The position numbers and the translations under genes were made by a program. Shown piece after piece: positions 12,113 through 23,200 of a stretch of 64,000 nt of DNA. A model generated the notes under the pieces. That model saw only the letters and a program-made list of their open reading frames with translations, ran no database searches and had not been told where the DNA came from. This stretch comes from an uncultured Rivularia sp. Its GTDB lineage: Bacteria > Cyanobacteriota > Cyanobacteriia > Cyanobacteriales > Nostocaceae. The stretch is taken from contig OY762007.1 in NCBI GenBank assembly GCA_963665115.1, positions 96,001 to 160,000 of the forward strand. Reading direction: 5' to 3'. Within the stretch, counting starts at the first letter, position 1; each line of letters begins with the position of its first letter.

Positions 12113-12808
12113 TTACGGGCTACTCAGCAAGCGAGTCAATTCGCTTTTGACAACATGGTAACAAGAACAACTTGCTGACTCTAAACCCCTTCTATTGAGA
12201 ATTTTGATTCGGCCGCGACTATAGCTAATCAGTTCCATCTTTTGAAGAGCCGCAGAGCCTTCCGAAACGCTAGCACGACGGACTCCCAGCATTTGGGAGA
12301 TAAATTCCTGAGTTAGCATAAACTCGTCTTGCTGTATGCAGTCTTGAACGGACAGCAGCCAACGAGCGAGCTGCTTATCTATGGTATGGTTGGCTCTACA
12401 AGCACCATTTTGTGAAACTTGAGTAAATAATGCTTGGGTATAAATTAGTAAGAGTTTTCGTAGTGTTTCATTTTGACTGCACTCTCTTCTAAATACATCG
12501 GCATCTAGTTTCATCGTATTGCCTTTAACTTGCACTATGGCTGTATTAATGGTGGAATTTCCTCCCCAAAACACTGGAAGACCGACCATTCCTTCATTAC
12601 CTACTATTCCGATTTCGATTGTCAAATTTTCTACAGGGGCAGTTAAAGAAATTACTGAACTCGTTGGAAAATAAACGAATTTTATCAATTCATTGGGTTT
12701 GTGGAGGATTTGCCCAGAAGATAAAAAGACTGTTTCGAGTTGAGGTAAAAGCCGCTGGTATTCCGATTCTTTTAAAGCTGCAAGTAGCTTATTTTTTGAA
12801 GAACTCAT
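12113..12808 (-). CDS. Crp/Fnr family transcriptional regulator (paralogue of 10406-11128)
   Basis: VGNEGMVGLP, LARWLL and LTQEFISQMLGVRRASVS. Confidence 0.9.
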   Translation of the reverse strand: MSSSKNKLLAALKESEYQRLLPQLETVFLSSGQILHKPNELIKFVYFPTSSVISLTAPVENLTIEIGIVGNEGMVGLPVFWGGNSTINTAIVQVKGNTMKLDADVFRRECSQNETLRKLLLIYTQALFTQVSQNGACRANHTIDKQLARWLLSVQDCIQQDEFMLTQEFISQMLGVRRASVSEGSAALQKMELISYSRGRIKILNRRGLESASCSCYHVVKSELTRLLSSP

Positions 12809-13039
12809 ATTCGCTATCCTTGGTTGAGCCGTTGAAAAAAACCGACTGTATCAGGATAGGATTTCAAATATTAGATTAAAATCTTAGCCAAATCATAAAA
12901 GTTTTTTCAGTTTACAGTAAAGATAATTGACAGTTGATTGGCGTTGATTCTATTTTTTTAGCTATCTAAATAGTATACCTCATTTCACTCATCCGTCCGT
13001 ACTCCACTGGACATATAGAAAGTCAAAAAAAGATATTTT

Positions 13040-13480
13040 TCAGTGATTAAGTCTTAAATTTTCAATTAATTCTTGCACCTTTTGTTCTAATTCTTCTAGA
13101 GCTTCTTGGGGAGAAGTTCGATCGATGTCGTGAATTAACCAGTATTCAATATTATCCATCCATTGAAGAAAACGTTCTTGCATCAAAGGGCGATGTTCGG
13201 ATTCATCTACGGCAACAATCAAATCAAACTTTTGGAAATCATCAGCAATTGCAGATTTAGGAAAACGTTCTTCTGGTAGTATGTTAATTCCGCGCTGTTT
13301 GAGAGCTTCAACAGCATACCGAGACATTGCACCAACATTATTAACACCACGCTCGATTGCTAAACCACGAGAATCAGCTTCCCAATCTAAATTTTGTTGA
13401 GTTGCTAAATTATTAAATAATTTTTCAGCAAAACGACTGCGGTAGTAATTACCAGTGCAGAGGAATAAGATTTTTTTCAT
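13040..13480 (-). CDS. Low-molecular-weight protein tyrosine phosphatase family protein
   Basis: ILFLCTGNYYRS = C(X)5R(S) P-loop; likely start MKKILF at 13480. Confidence 0.85.
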   Translation of the reverse strand: MKKILFLCTGNYYRSRFAEKLFNNLATQQNLDWEADSRGLAIERGVNNVGAMSRYAVEALKQRGINILPEERFPKSAIADDFQKFDLIVAVDESEHRPLMQERFLQWMDNIEYWLIHDIDRTSPQEALEELEQKVQELIENLRLNH

Positions 13481-13619
13481 AGAGGGAGTAGGGAAAGAAG
13501 ACGGTATTAATTTAGGTTGTGAATTTTTCAGCCGATAATCCTTGTATAGTAAATATTCCCGCCTTTTACGCCAAAATTTTGGCATCCGTTTGTATTTAAG
13601 AACCAAAAATATTAATCCC

Positions 13620-13705
13620 AATTACCAATTACCAATTACCAATTACCAATTACCAATTACCAATTACCAATTACCAATTACCAATTACCAATTACCAATT
13701 ACCAA
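13620..13705. repeat. STRR heptamer run (ATTACCA)n
   Basis: About 12 tandem units. Confidence 0.9.
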
Positions 13706-14598
13706 TTCCCTTTTTGCTGATAAATTGCTGCTAAGTTTCTTTGAGCCATTTGCCATTCGTCGGGATATGCTTCGCGGGTGTGAACTTGTAATGCTGCTTG
13801 ATAATGATAAATGGCTTTGTCAAGGTTGTTTGCTTTATCTTCCTTGACTCTGTTGGTATAAGCAGTACCCAAATTATTGTGAATCATTGCCCATTCATAA
13901 GGATATGTTTCGCGGGAATGAACTTTTAATCCAGCTTGATAGCAAGAAATCGCCTTTTCGATGTTTTCGGCTTTTTGCCCGCTAATTCTATCGGTGTAAG
14001 CATTCCCTAAATTATATTGAGTAGCCGCCCATTGTTCGGGATAATTGGACGAATTAAACACATGATTTACCACTTCATAACCTGCGATCGCAATTTCCAA
14101 GTTATTTAAGCGCTGCCCTAAAGGAAATTCCTGAATCAAGCTGCTGAAAATACCAATAGTTGTACCGATATCTTCTGCTTCTTCAGAAGTTGATTGAGAT
14201 ATTGCATCCATAGCCCAGCTTTTTAATACTTCAGCAAAATTATTGTCGAGTAATTCGATATTCTTGTGTAGTAAAGGATATACAGCTTCTGGATTACCTT
14301 CGCTTTCTTCAGTAACTAACAATGCCTGTATTAATAATTCACCTTGATTTTCCGCACTAAAATCTGATAATGATAATCCTAAAGCTTCAGCCAACTGAGT
14401 TGAAATACGTAACAAAAATTCCGCAGCATCTTCCTTACCTTGTTCAGAAAACCCTCGCGCTACCTCGATCGTAGTCTGTACTAACCCTGCATCGATATAT
14501 TCAGGTTCGGTATCTAAAGCTATTTCTTCTTCACTACCAGCATTTGTAAGTAATTGATTGATGATATTGAAATAAATTTGGAGACGCTTTTGATCCAT
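13699..14598 (-). CDS. TPR repeat protein
   Basis: WA..Q/HNNLG.AY..R....A.N.E.AI..Y.AL.V repeats typical of cyanobacterial TPR proteins. Confidence 0.8.
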   Translation of the reverse strand: MDQKRLQIYFNIINQLLTNAGSEEEIALDTEPEYIDAGLVQTTIEVARGFSEQGKEDAAEFLLRISTQLAEALGLSLSDFSAENQGELLIQALLVTEESEGNPEAVYPLLHKNIELLDNNFAEVLKSWAMDAISQSTSEEAEDIGTTIGIFSSLIQEFPLGQRLNNLEIAIAGYEVVNHVFNSSNYPEQWAATQYNLGNAYTDRISGQKAENIEKAISCYQAGLKVHSRETYPYEWAMIHNNLGTAYTNRVKEDKANNLDKAIYHYQAALQVHTREAYPDEWQMAQRNLAAIYQQKGNW

Positions 14599-14753
14599 TG
14601 GATTTAAAAATATTTTTTCACTGCTATATTAGAAAACTATTCATAAAGGTTTTTCAAGAGTGAATAAATACAATTGGTAGGGAATTGGGGATTGGGGATT
14701 GGGAAACAGAAATCAAATCAAATAAAATATTTGGTTTTGACAGATAACGTTGG

Positions 14754-14781
14754 GGAGACGTAGCACTGCTACGTCTCTACA
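14754..14781. repeat. GTAG-type REP-like palindrome (GTAGAGACGTAGCA.TGCTACGTCTC family)
   Basis: Further copies near 19266, 20047, 45817, 49617 and 54739; paired arm changes TAG/CTA vs TTG/CAA. Confidence 0.8.
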
Positions 14782-14813
14782 TTTTTTGCGTTAAAATATT
14801 TTAATTCAAATAT

Positions 14814-16458
14814 CTACACAGCACAATTCAATTCCCCAGCTTTTTTAGTAAACCGCATATTTTCGCGATAATCTACACGACAATCAATTACCGCTGGAAC
14901 ATCTTGCGCTAAAGCTTCTTTGAGCATGGGCACTAAATCGGTAGCAGCTTCAACTCGATAACCTTTTAATCCCATACTTTCAGCAAATTTAACAAAGTCG
15001 GGATTACCAAATTTGATAAAAGATGCATTACCTTCACCAAATTGATTTTCCTGTTTCCACTCAATTAAACCATAACCGCCGTCGTTGAAAATCAAGGTTA
15101 CAAATGGCGTACCCACTCGCAAAGCTGTTTCCAATTCCTGAGAGTTCATCATAAAGCCGCCATCACCGCTGACAGCGACAACCTTACGGTTGGGATGAAC
15201 TAATTTCGCCGCTAAAGCACCGGGAATTGCAATTCCCATCGCTGCAAAACCATTGGAAATAATACAGGTATTTGGACTATGACAGTGATAATGACGGGCA
15301 ATCCACATTTTATGTGCGCCGACATCAGATATTACAATATCTTCAGGGCCCCATCACCTGCCGTAAGTCGTAAATTACTTTCTGCGGTTTCATGGGAAAT
15401 GCGTCATCTTTGGCGTGATATTCGTAATCTACACGAATATTTTCCCTGAGTTTAATCGCATAAGGAGACTCTTTATCATGTCTATTTGCTACCTTCAGAA
15501 TCTCGTTTAAAGAGTCAGTTATATCGCCAACAACTTCCACTTCCGGAATATAGCTACTATCTATTTCTGCTAACTTTGTAGCAATATGAATAATCGGAAT
15601 GTTCCCATCTGGATTCCATTTTTTCGGCGAAAATTCAATTAAATCGTAGCCAATTGCAATTACTAAGTCAGTATTATCAAAACCACAAATACTAAAATCT
15701 CTTTGCTGCAATCCTACAGTCCATAAAGCTAAAGGATGAGTATAAGGAATTATTCCTTTACCCATAAAAGTATTCGCAACCGGAATATTTAAGTCGGTAG
15801 CAAATTGAGTTACCGCATCGCTAGCATTTGCACGAATTGCTCCATTCCCAACTAAAATTATCGGATTTGTAGCTTGAGAAATTGCCGCAGCAGCAGCCCT
15901 AATAGTAGAGAAAGAAGCAAAACTTTTTTCTACATTATCTTTACCTAAAGGCTTACCTTCTACCGGCATTGCAGCGATGTTTTCGGGTAAGTCAATATGT
16001 ACCGCACCTGGTTTTTCTCTTTGCGCTCGTTTAAAAGCTTTGCGGACAATTTCCGGGGTAATACTCGGACGAACAATTTGCTTATTCCACTTAGTGACTG
16101 GTGCAAACATTGCTACCAAATCCAAATATTGATGGGATTCAATATGCATTCTATCGGTTCCCACCTGTCCGGTAATTGCTACCAAAGGCGCACCATCAAG
16201 GTTAGCATCTGCAACCCCAGTCATCAAATTAGTTGCACCGGGGCCAAGTGTAGAAAGACATACCCCAGCCTTCCCCGTCAAACGTCCGTAGACATCCGCC
16301 ATAAAAGCCGCACCTTGTTCGTGACGGGTAGTAATAAATTTAATTGGAGATGTTTTCAAAGCCTCCAAAACGTGTAAATTCTCTTCACCGGGGAGTCCAA
16401 ATACATATTCCACCCCTTCATTTTCCAAGCATTTGACTAGCAATTCTGCTGTATCCAT
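14814..16458 (-). CDS. ThDP-dependent acetolactate-synthase-like enzyme, probably 2-oxoglutarate decarboxylase (OgdA); +1 frameshift near 15347
   Basis: RHEQGAAFMA and GDGGF..N ThDP motifs; the two ORFs join as VMGP-EDIVISDVGAHKMW; adjacent to SSADH as in the cyanobacterial TCA shunt. Confidence 0.8.
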
Positions 16459-16579
16459 TATGATTCCCCAAGTTTTAAGTAGTTAGGAGTTAGGAGTTAG
16501 GAGTTATGAGTTAATATTTTATTGAAAGCTACCAACTAATAACTAACAATTAATAACTAACAACTAATAACTAACCAAT

Positions 16580-17947
16580 TTATTTAACCCACACCGTTTT
16601 AACATTGACAAACTCATGTATGCCTTGAATGCTTAATTCTCTTCCATAACCGGAAAGCTTGGTTCCACCGAAGGGCATTCTAGGATCGGATTTGACTAAA
16701 CCGTTGATGAATACAGCCCCTGCCTCGATTTCGGAGATTAAGCGCTGTTGTTCTGCGGTGTCTGTTGTCCAAGCACTGCCACCCAAACCGAAGGGTGTAT
16801 TATTAGCAATTGTTATAGCTTCATCAATATTTTTAACCCGGAATAACATTGCTACAGGGCCAAAAAATTCTTCTTTAGCCGTGGCAGAATCGGGGGCAAT
16901 ATCGGTCAGAATTGTTGGTGGATAATAGTTTCCCTTCATATTTAATAAAGGCTTTCCTCCCATCAATACTTTTGCACCGTTATTGATAGACTTTTGTACT
17001 TGTTCGTCTAATTCTTTAAGAATATCCGCAGTAGCTAATGGTCCGATATCAGTATCTTCCTGCATCGGATCGCCTATCTTCAAGGCTTGAAACTGTTCTA
17101 ACAGCAATTTTTCAAACTCGTCTGCAACAGCTTCGGCCACAATAAACCGTTTTGCTGCTATACAAGATTGCCCGTTATTCAACATACGTGCTGTAGTTCC
17201 AGTCACAGCCGCAGCTTCGATGTCAGCACTTGCTAACACGATAAACGGATCGCTTCCTCCTAATTCCAATACCGTTTTTTTAAGATGCTTACCAGCATTC
17301 TGGGCTAAAGACGCTCCCGCACCTTCACTTCCCGTCAAGGTAGCAGCCTTAACTCGTTCGTCGGCAATAATATTTGCTACCTTGTCCGAACCTATTAATA
17401 AACTTTGAAAAACACCTTGGGGAAAACCCGCTCTTTGAATAATATTTTCAATAGCTAACGCGCACTGAGGTACATTAGAAGCGTGTTTGAGCAAGCCAAC
17501 ATTACCAGCCATCAGCGTCGGAGCCACAAAGCGAAACACCTGCCAGAAAGGAAAATTCCACGGCATCACCGCTAAAATAACCCCTAGAGGCTGGTATTTA
17601 ACAAAACTTTCGCTAGCATCGGTTTCCACTGAGACATCAGCAAGAAACTCAGCAGCCTTATCTGCATAATAACGGCATACCAAAGCGCACTTCCCGACTT
17701 CAGCCATAGCGCTTTTATAAGGCTTACCCATTTCCAAAGTCATTATCTTGGCAAAATCCGCCTTATCCTGCTCCAAAATATCAGCAGCCTTAAGCATCCA
17801 CTCAGAGCGTTGCTCAAAACTCGTCTGGCGGTAATCCCCGAAAGCTTCATGAGCTTTGCTGACTGCATTCTTTACTTCCGCATCGCTCAAAGACTCAAAA
17901 GACTTGAGAGTTTCTCCGGTTGCGGGATTTATCGTGGCGATCGCCAT
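16580..17947 (-). CDS. gabD: Succinate-semialdehyde dehydrogenase (NAD(P)+)
   Basis: MPWNFP, LTGS, LELGGSDP, GQSCIAAKR and EEFFGP motifs; likely start MAIATINP. Confidence 0.85.
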   Translation of the reverse strand: MAIATINPATGETLKSFESLSDAEVKNAVSKAHEAFGDYRQTSFEQRSEWMLKAADILEQDKADFAKIMTLEMGKPYKSAMAEVGKCALVCRYYADKAAEFLADVSVETDASESFVKYQPLGVILAVMPWNFPFWQVFRFVAPTLMAGNVGLLKHASNVPQCALAIENIIQRAGFPQGVFQSLLIGSDKVANIIADERVKAATLTGSEGAGASLAQNAGKHLKKTVLELGGSDPFIVLASADIEAAAVTGTTARMLNNGQSCIAAKRFIVAEAVADEFEKLLLEQFQALKIGDPMQEDTDIGPLATADILKELDEQVQKSINNGAKVLMGGKPLLNMKGNYYPPTILTDIAPDSATAKEEFFGPVAMLFRVKNIDEAITIANNTPFGLGGSAWTTDTAEQQRLISEIEAGAVFINGLVKSDPRMPFGGTKLSGYGRELSIQGIHEFVNVKTVWVK

Positions 17948-18059
17948 TTTTTCACCCCTCGAATAAATAGTGTGAGGTAACTTCATAGTCTTACATTAAA
18001 TTTTCAAAAGCTACCACTTTTGGGAAGAGAATTGGGGGGATGGGGAGATAATAATTACT

Positions 18060-18284
18060 AACTTTTTTACAAATTCCTGGAATTTCGGGAAGCTATGCTA
18101 AACCCGCTGAAACTGAACCAGAGGTGACGGTTACGACTGTTGCAACTATTGTGGGAATTGTCGGTGGAACTATGGCGTAATACCTTTATGCATCAAGCTG
18201 AGCCGCACCTCGCGGTAAACGCTTATCGCCGAACAAGTCCATAAGTGGTATCTCGAATATAAACAGCACAAGCCTGGTAAAAAA
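18060..18284 (+). pseudogene. Decayed copy of the 107-aa gene at 19677-20000, 5'-truncated, with a 47-bp insertion in a HIP1 site
   Basis: Reads ..QIPGISGSYAKPAETEPEVTVTTVATIVGIVGGTMA|insert|IAEQVHKWYLEYKQHKPGKK, colinear with 19740-19910. Confidence 0.85.
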
Positions 18285-18412
18285 TGCGCTTTACTACCTA
18301 AGTAATTTTGACGAATTATAGTGCTATCCTATTTAAGTAAAAAGATGTATCTTATTAATCATTCTTTCTACGTAGTAAAAACTGTAGTATTCTTCTTCTA
18401 GAAATTATACCG

Positions 18413-19195
18413 ATGAAAATCTCACCTAATTTTCGCGCAATGGTTTTAAATGCTACTGCTACGCTCATGGCTTTGGGGTTAAGCATCAGCACTGGAAGCA
18501 CAGTATTGGCACAATCCAAACCCACGATTTCAGTTCCAGAATTCAAAAATGAGTCAGCCTGGTGGTGGTGGCAGAGAAGCACTGCCAGAGATTTGGCAGC
18601 TGCGCTGAGTAATGAATTGAATGCGACAGGAAAGTTTACTGTGGTCGAGCGGCAAAAACTCGGAGCAGTTTTATCTGAACAGGAATTAGCCGAACTCGGG
18701 CTAGTCCGTCAAGGAACCGAAGCGAAGAAAGGACAACTAACAGGGTCTAGGTACATCGTGTTGGGTCAAGTAACATCCTACGAAGAAGGAGTTGCCAAAG
18801 AATCCACCAGAGGTCGAATCGGCGGTATCAAAGTTGGTGGCATTAGGATTGGAGGTGGCGGGGGTAAAAAGTCCCAGGACGCTTATATCGCCATCGATTT
18901 GCGAGTTGTTGATTCCACTACAGGCGAAGTAGTTTATGCGAGAACCGTAGAGGGCCGCGCTACCTCAAAATCTGGAGGTGGTAATGTAGGAGTGAGGTTA
19001 GGTGGTGTGAATTTGGGTGGCGATCGCTCCGAGACAAAGCGTGTCCCTGTAGGAAAAGCGCTGCGTGCAGCTTTAGTTGAAGCAACCGATTACTTGAGTT
19101 GTGTCATGGTTGAAAAAGGATCTTGTATCGCGAAGTTTGACGAGAAAGATCAAAAGCGTCGTGATAGCAACACAGATATACTGAAGCTAGACTAA
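18413..19195 (+). CDS. CsgG/HfaB family protein
   Basis: Signal peptide; I.V.EF.N, L...L...GKF.VVER..L..VL.EQ.L and IDLRVVD.TTGEVV motifs; Gly-rich beta-hairpin segments. Confidence 0.8.
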   Translation: MKISPNFRAMVLNATATLMALGLSISTGSTVLAQSKPTISVPEFKNESAWWWWQRSTARDLAAALSNELNATGKFTVVERQKLGAVLSEQELAELGLVRQGTEAKKGQLTGSRYIVLGQVTSYEEGVAKESTRGRIGGIKVGGIRIGGGGGKKSQDAYIAIDLRVVDSTTGEVVYARTVEGRATSKSGGGNVGVRLGGVNLGGDRSETKRVPVGKALRAALVEATDYLSCVMVEKGSCIAKFDEKDQKRRDSNTDILKLD

Positions 19196-19294
19196 AAATT
19201 TACATTCTCAGGTCGTGCATATACTAAGATTATTGGCTGACTAGAGAATAGAACCAAATAACCTATGTAGAGACGTTGCACTGCAACGTCTCAT

Positions 19295-19439
19295 TAGACA
19301 TCTCCGGAAATAAAAAAAACCTCTCTCCAAACCTCTCTCCTACGAGGAGAGAGGCTTTAAACCCCACTTTCCTGCTCCGGAAAGGGGGGGTAGGGGGGTT
19401 AGGTTTTCAACTCTACTGAATGTTTTCCGGAGATGTCTA
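19295..19439. mobile_element. MITE with perfect 16-bp terminal inverted repeats
   Basis: TAGACATCTCCGGAAA ... TTTCCGGAGATGTCTA, TA ends, internal palindromes. Confidence 0.8.
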
Positions 19440-19453
19440 TTAATTTTGCGAGA

Positions 19454-19578
19454 TAAGCTGACGTGCAGTTAAATTGTATAAGGTAAAGAATTTGAACGAT
19501 TGTAGTGCGGGCATCTTGCCCGCTTCTCATATACATCTTGCCCGCTTCTCTTATACAAATTGAATACGCAACAGCTTA
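19454..19578. mobile_element. MITE-like element, copy 2 (with a 22-bp internal duplication)
   Basis: Matches 11402-11504 plus a tandem catcttgcccgcttctc(a/t)tata. Confidence 0.75.
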
Positions 19579-19676
19579 ACAAAATTTCTTCGGGAGATGG
19601 GGAGATGGAAAGAATTTTAACCTTAATTACTTCTAACCTTTTTTACAATGACATAGAAATGATTCGCAGGTAAATT

Positions 19677-20000
19677 ATGGCAGATATCCAAGTAGCAATC
19701 GAGGGTGAGAATGCAGTTTCCGCAACTGAGGAACTTTTGCAAATTTCTGGTATTTCGGGAAGCTATACTACACCCACAGAAACCGAAAGAGAGGGAACAG
19801 CCGCAACCATTGCAACCATCGTGGGAATTGTTGGGGGGACAATGGCGATCGCCGAACAAATTCGTAAGTGGTATATCGAATACAAACAGCACAAGTCTGG
19901 TAAGAAAATAGCCAAGGTGTTGATTGTGGGCAAGAATGGCGAAAGACTGATTTTGGAAGGGGCTACAGCCGAACAGATTCAGCGGATTTTGAGCAGTTAA
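19677..20000 (+). CDS. Small protein with a central Gly-rich hydrophobic segment (EACC1-like candidate protease partner)
   Basis: 107 aa; TAATIATIVGIVGGTMAIAEQIRKWY segment; directly upstream of a CHAT protease gene; family call is inference. Confidence 0.6.
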   Translation: MADIQVAIEGENAVSATEELLQISGISGSYTTPTETEREGTAATIATIVGIVGGTMAIAEQIRKWYIEYKQHKSGKKIAKVLIVGKNGERLILEGATAEQIQRILSS

Positions 20001-20203
20001 TCTATTTTCGTATTGCTAATTGATTTTTTGGATAACCGAAACCCTTGTAGAGACGTAGCAGTGCTACGTCTCAAAATCTAGATTCACACCTGACAGCAAA
20101 ACCTTTCAACACCGCAGGTAATTATTATATCTAAACAAAAACATCCGGAATCAAACTTGTTACCATTGGGGATAATATTTAACATCCCCATTTTCCCGGA
20201 TTT

Positions 20204-23200
20204 ATGCAAATCCTTCATTTTAATCTCAAGCTTTTACAGAATCATTGCGTAGAGTTACGTTATTTCGAGAATAATCCCAATCAGTATCAAAGCCGCTCTC
20301 TTCCTTTAACAGAGATTGCCGATTTAATTAGATTGGCAGAACAAGATTACTATATTCCTTTACCAGAAGACTATAAGAAAACGGGACAAAAATTATTTGA
20401 TTGGTTGGATGGAAATGACAGGTTTCTGCAACAATTGCTCGACAAGCAGCGGGGTGAAGGGATTGTTTTAGCCATCAGCACGTCGGGAAATATCGCGCAT
20501 CTACCTTGGGAATTATTACACAACGGTAAATGCTTCCTGGTAGAAACAAAACCGGGGATAATTCCGGTGCGGTGGGTGTCGTCAGATGCGGTAAAACAAC
20601 TATCAATCAAACCACAGCCAGAAAATCGAGCTTTGCAAATGCTGTTTATGGCGACTTCTCCTTTAAACGTAAAACCCGTATTGGATTTTGAGAAGGAAGA
20701 AGCGAGTATATTAACAGCTACAGCGCGACAACCTTTGACGTTGACGGTGGAAGAAAGCGGCTGTTTGCAAGAATTGGGATATTTAGTAGAAGATTACGGT
20801 AAAGAAGATGGTAAAAGTTATTTTGATGTTTTACATTTAACTGGTCATGCGACAATCAAGGATGAGACACCAGCTTTTATTACAGAATCGGCAACGGGTG
20901 AAGCTATAGAATCCACCGCCGACGATATCGCTTCAGAATTACAGTTTCAGCTACCCAAATTAATTTTCCTTTCCGGTTGTCGCACTGGGCAAGCAGCTAA
21001 CTGTGGTGCGGTGCCTTCGATGGCGGAATCTTTGCTTGATAAAGGTGCTACTTCGGTTTTGGGTTGGGGGCAAAAGGTTTTAGATGCTGATGCAACTGCT
21101 GCTGCTGAGAGTTTATATCAAGCTTTATCTGCGGGAAAGTTATTAAGCGAAAGTTTGGCTTTGACTTATCAAGCTTTGATTGAAAATAAAGCCAGAGATT
21201 GGCATTTACTGCGGCTGTATGTTGCGGATACTTTACCGGGGAATTTGGTGACATCTTTACGCACTACGGGAAGGATACCAGCATCACCTCGTTCGTTTAA
21301 TGCGGAATTTTTAGATGCTGCTGGTAAAGTGAAGGTGCCAACTAGAGAAAGTTTTGTTGGTAGAAGAAGACAGTTACAATGTTGTTTGAGAACTTTAACT
21401 TTACCCCTCCTAACCTCCCCTTATCAAGGAGAGGAAATTAGTGGAAGAATCGGCGTGTTAATTCATGGAATGGGAGGATTGGGTAAAAGTAGTTTAGCTG
21501 CAAGATTATGTGACAGGTTAACTAATTTTCAGCGCGTTGTTTGGGTGGGAGCAATTGACGAAGCAAGTTTAGTAAATCGTTTGACGGAGAAATTAGATAA
21601 TCAAACCTTGCGAGAAACGCTGCAAAATCCAGATGAAGAATTAAAATTTCGGTTGAGAAGAGTTTTTAATTCATTGCAAGAAACCGGGAATAATCCTTTT
21701 TTACTAGTTTTAGACGACTTTGAAGCCAACTTAGAACCCCGCAACGACAGTTATATATTGCTTCCAGTTGCAGCAAAGGTATTATCAGCTTTAGTTTGGG
21801 CAATTAATGAAACTGACAAACTCCAACGAATTATAATTACCTGTCGCTATGACTTTGAATCAAGTTCTTTACAGCACTTCTACAAACAACCTTTAGAAGG
21901 AATGCATGGTGCAGACTTGCGAAAAAAGCTGAATCGTCTCGCTGCTTTTGAGGAAACATCCCAAGTAGACGAGACGTTACAAGCAAAAGCGCAACGGTTA
22001 GCAGATGGTAATCCCCGGTTGTTGGAATGGTTGGATAAATTATTGCAATCTAATGTTGATGTTGCGGCAATTTTAGATAAATTAGCAGATGATTCTGTAG
22101 AATTGCGAGAGCAGGTTTTAGCTGAAAAATTGTTGCAGCAGATGGATGATACCATGCGAGAAATGTTGCAGCTTGGTTTGGTGTTTGAGTTACCAGTACC
22201 CAGGGAAGCTTTAGAAATCGTTTGTGAAAATATTGCGGAAGTGCAACAGTATATAGATAAAGCGATCGCGTTGGGGTTGTTGGAAGTTAGCCCGGATAAG
22301 TCGTTGCGGGTGCCGAGGATTTTACCTTTGAAGAAATTAAATTCTGGCTTACCCACAGATAATGAAATTACAGTCATTGCGACGACAGGAAGCAATCGCG
22401 AAATATTTGAGATAGCTGCACAGGTTTTATATCGGTTGTGGCGGGAAGATAAAGAAACTTATATAGAAGAGCAAGCATTAGAAATTCATCGCTTGGCTTT
22501 GTTGGGGAGAGAAACCGAAATTTCTGGTAATTTAGCATCTAATCTAGCAAATAACTGGTGGCATAAAAATCGTTATAGAGAAACAGTAGAACTTTGTAAA
22601 TCAACCTTAGAAATTATAGAAGATTATCGTCTTCTCAAGCCAATGGCTTATTGTCAGCAACAATTGGGTGAAGTTGAACAAGCATCAAAGAATTATCAGC
22701 AAGCCTTAAAACTTTGTCCGTTGAAAGAGGAAGCAGAGACATCAGCCATTTATCTTTCTTTTGGAATGCTCAAAGCACAACAAGGTGATGTCGAACAAGC
22801 AATCAACCTTTACCAACAATCTTTGGAATTAGAAGAAAGAATTGGTAACGTACAAGGAAAAGCTGCAATTATTCACAATCTTGCCATAATTTACGCACAA
22901 CGTGGTGAAGTCGATGAAGCAATCAACCTTTACCAACAATCTTTGGATTTAGATGAAAGAATTGGTAACGTACAAGGAAAAGCTGCTTCTCTACACCAAC
23001 TTGCAGGAATTTACGCACAACGTGGTGATGTCGATGAAGCAATCAACCTTTACCAACAATCTTTGGAATTATATGAAAGAATTGGTAACGTACAAGGAAA
23101 AGCTGCTTCTCTACACTGTCTTGCCATAATTTACGCACAACGTGGTGATGTCGATGAAGCAATCAACCTTTACCAACAATCTTTGGAATTATATGAAAGA

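Noticed and set aside
13542..13847. ORF with NYQLPIT repeats
   Set aside because: Translation of an STRR heptamer run, antisense to real genes
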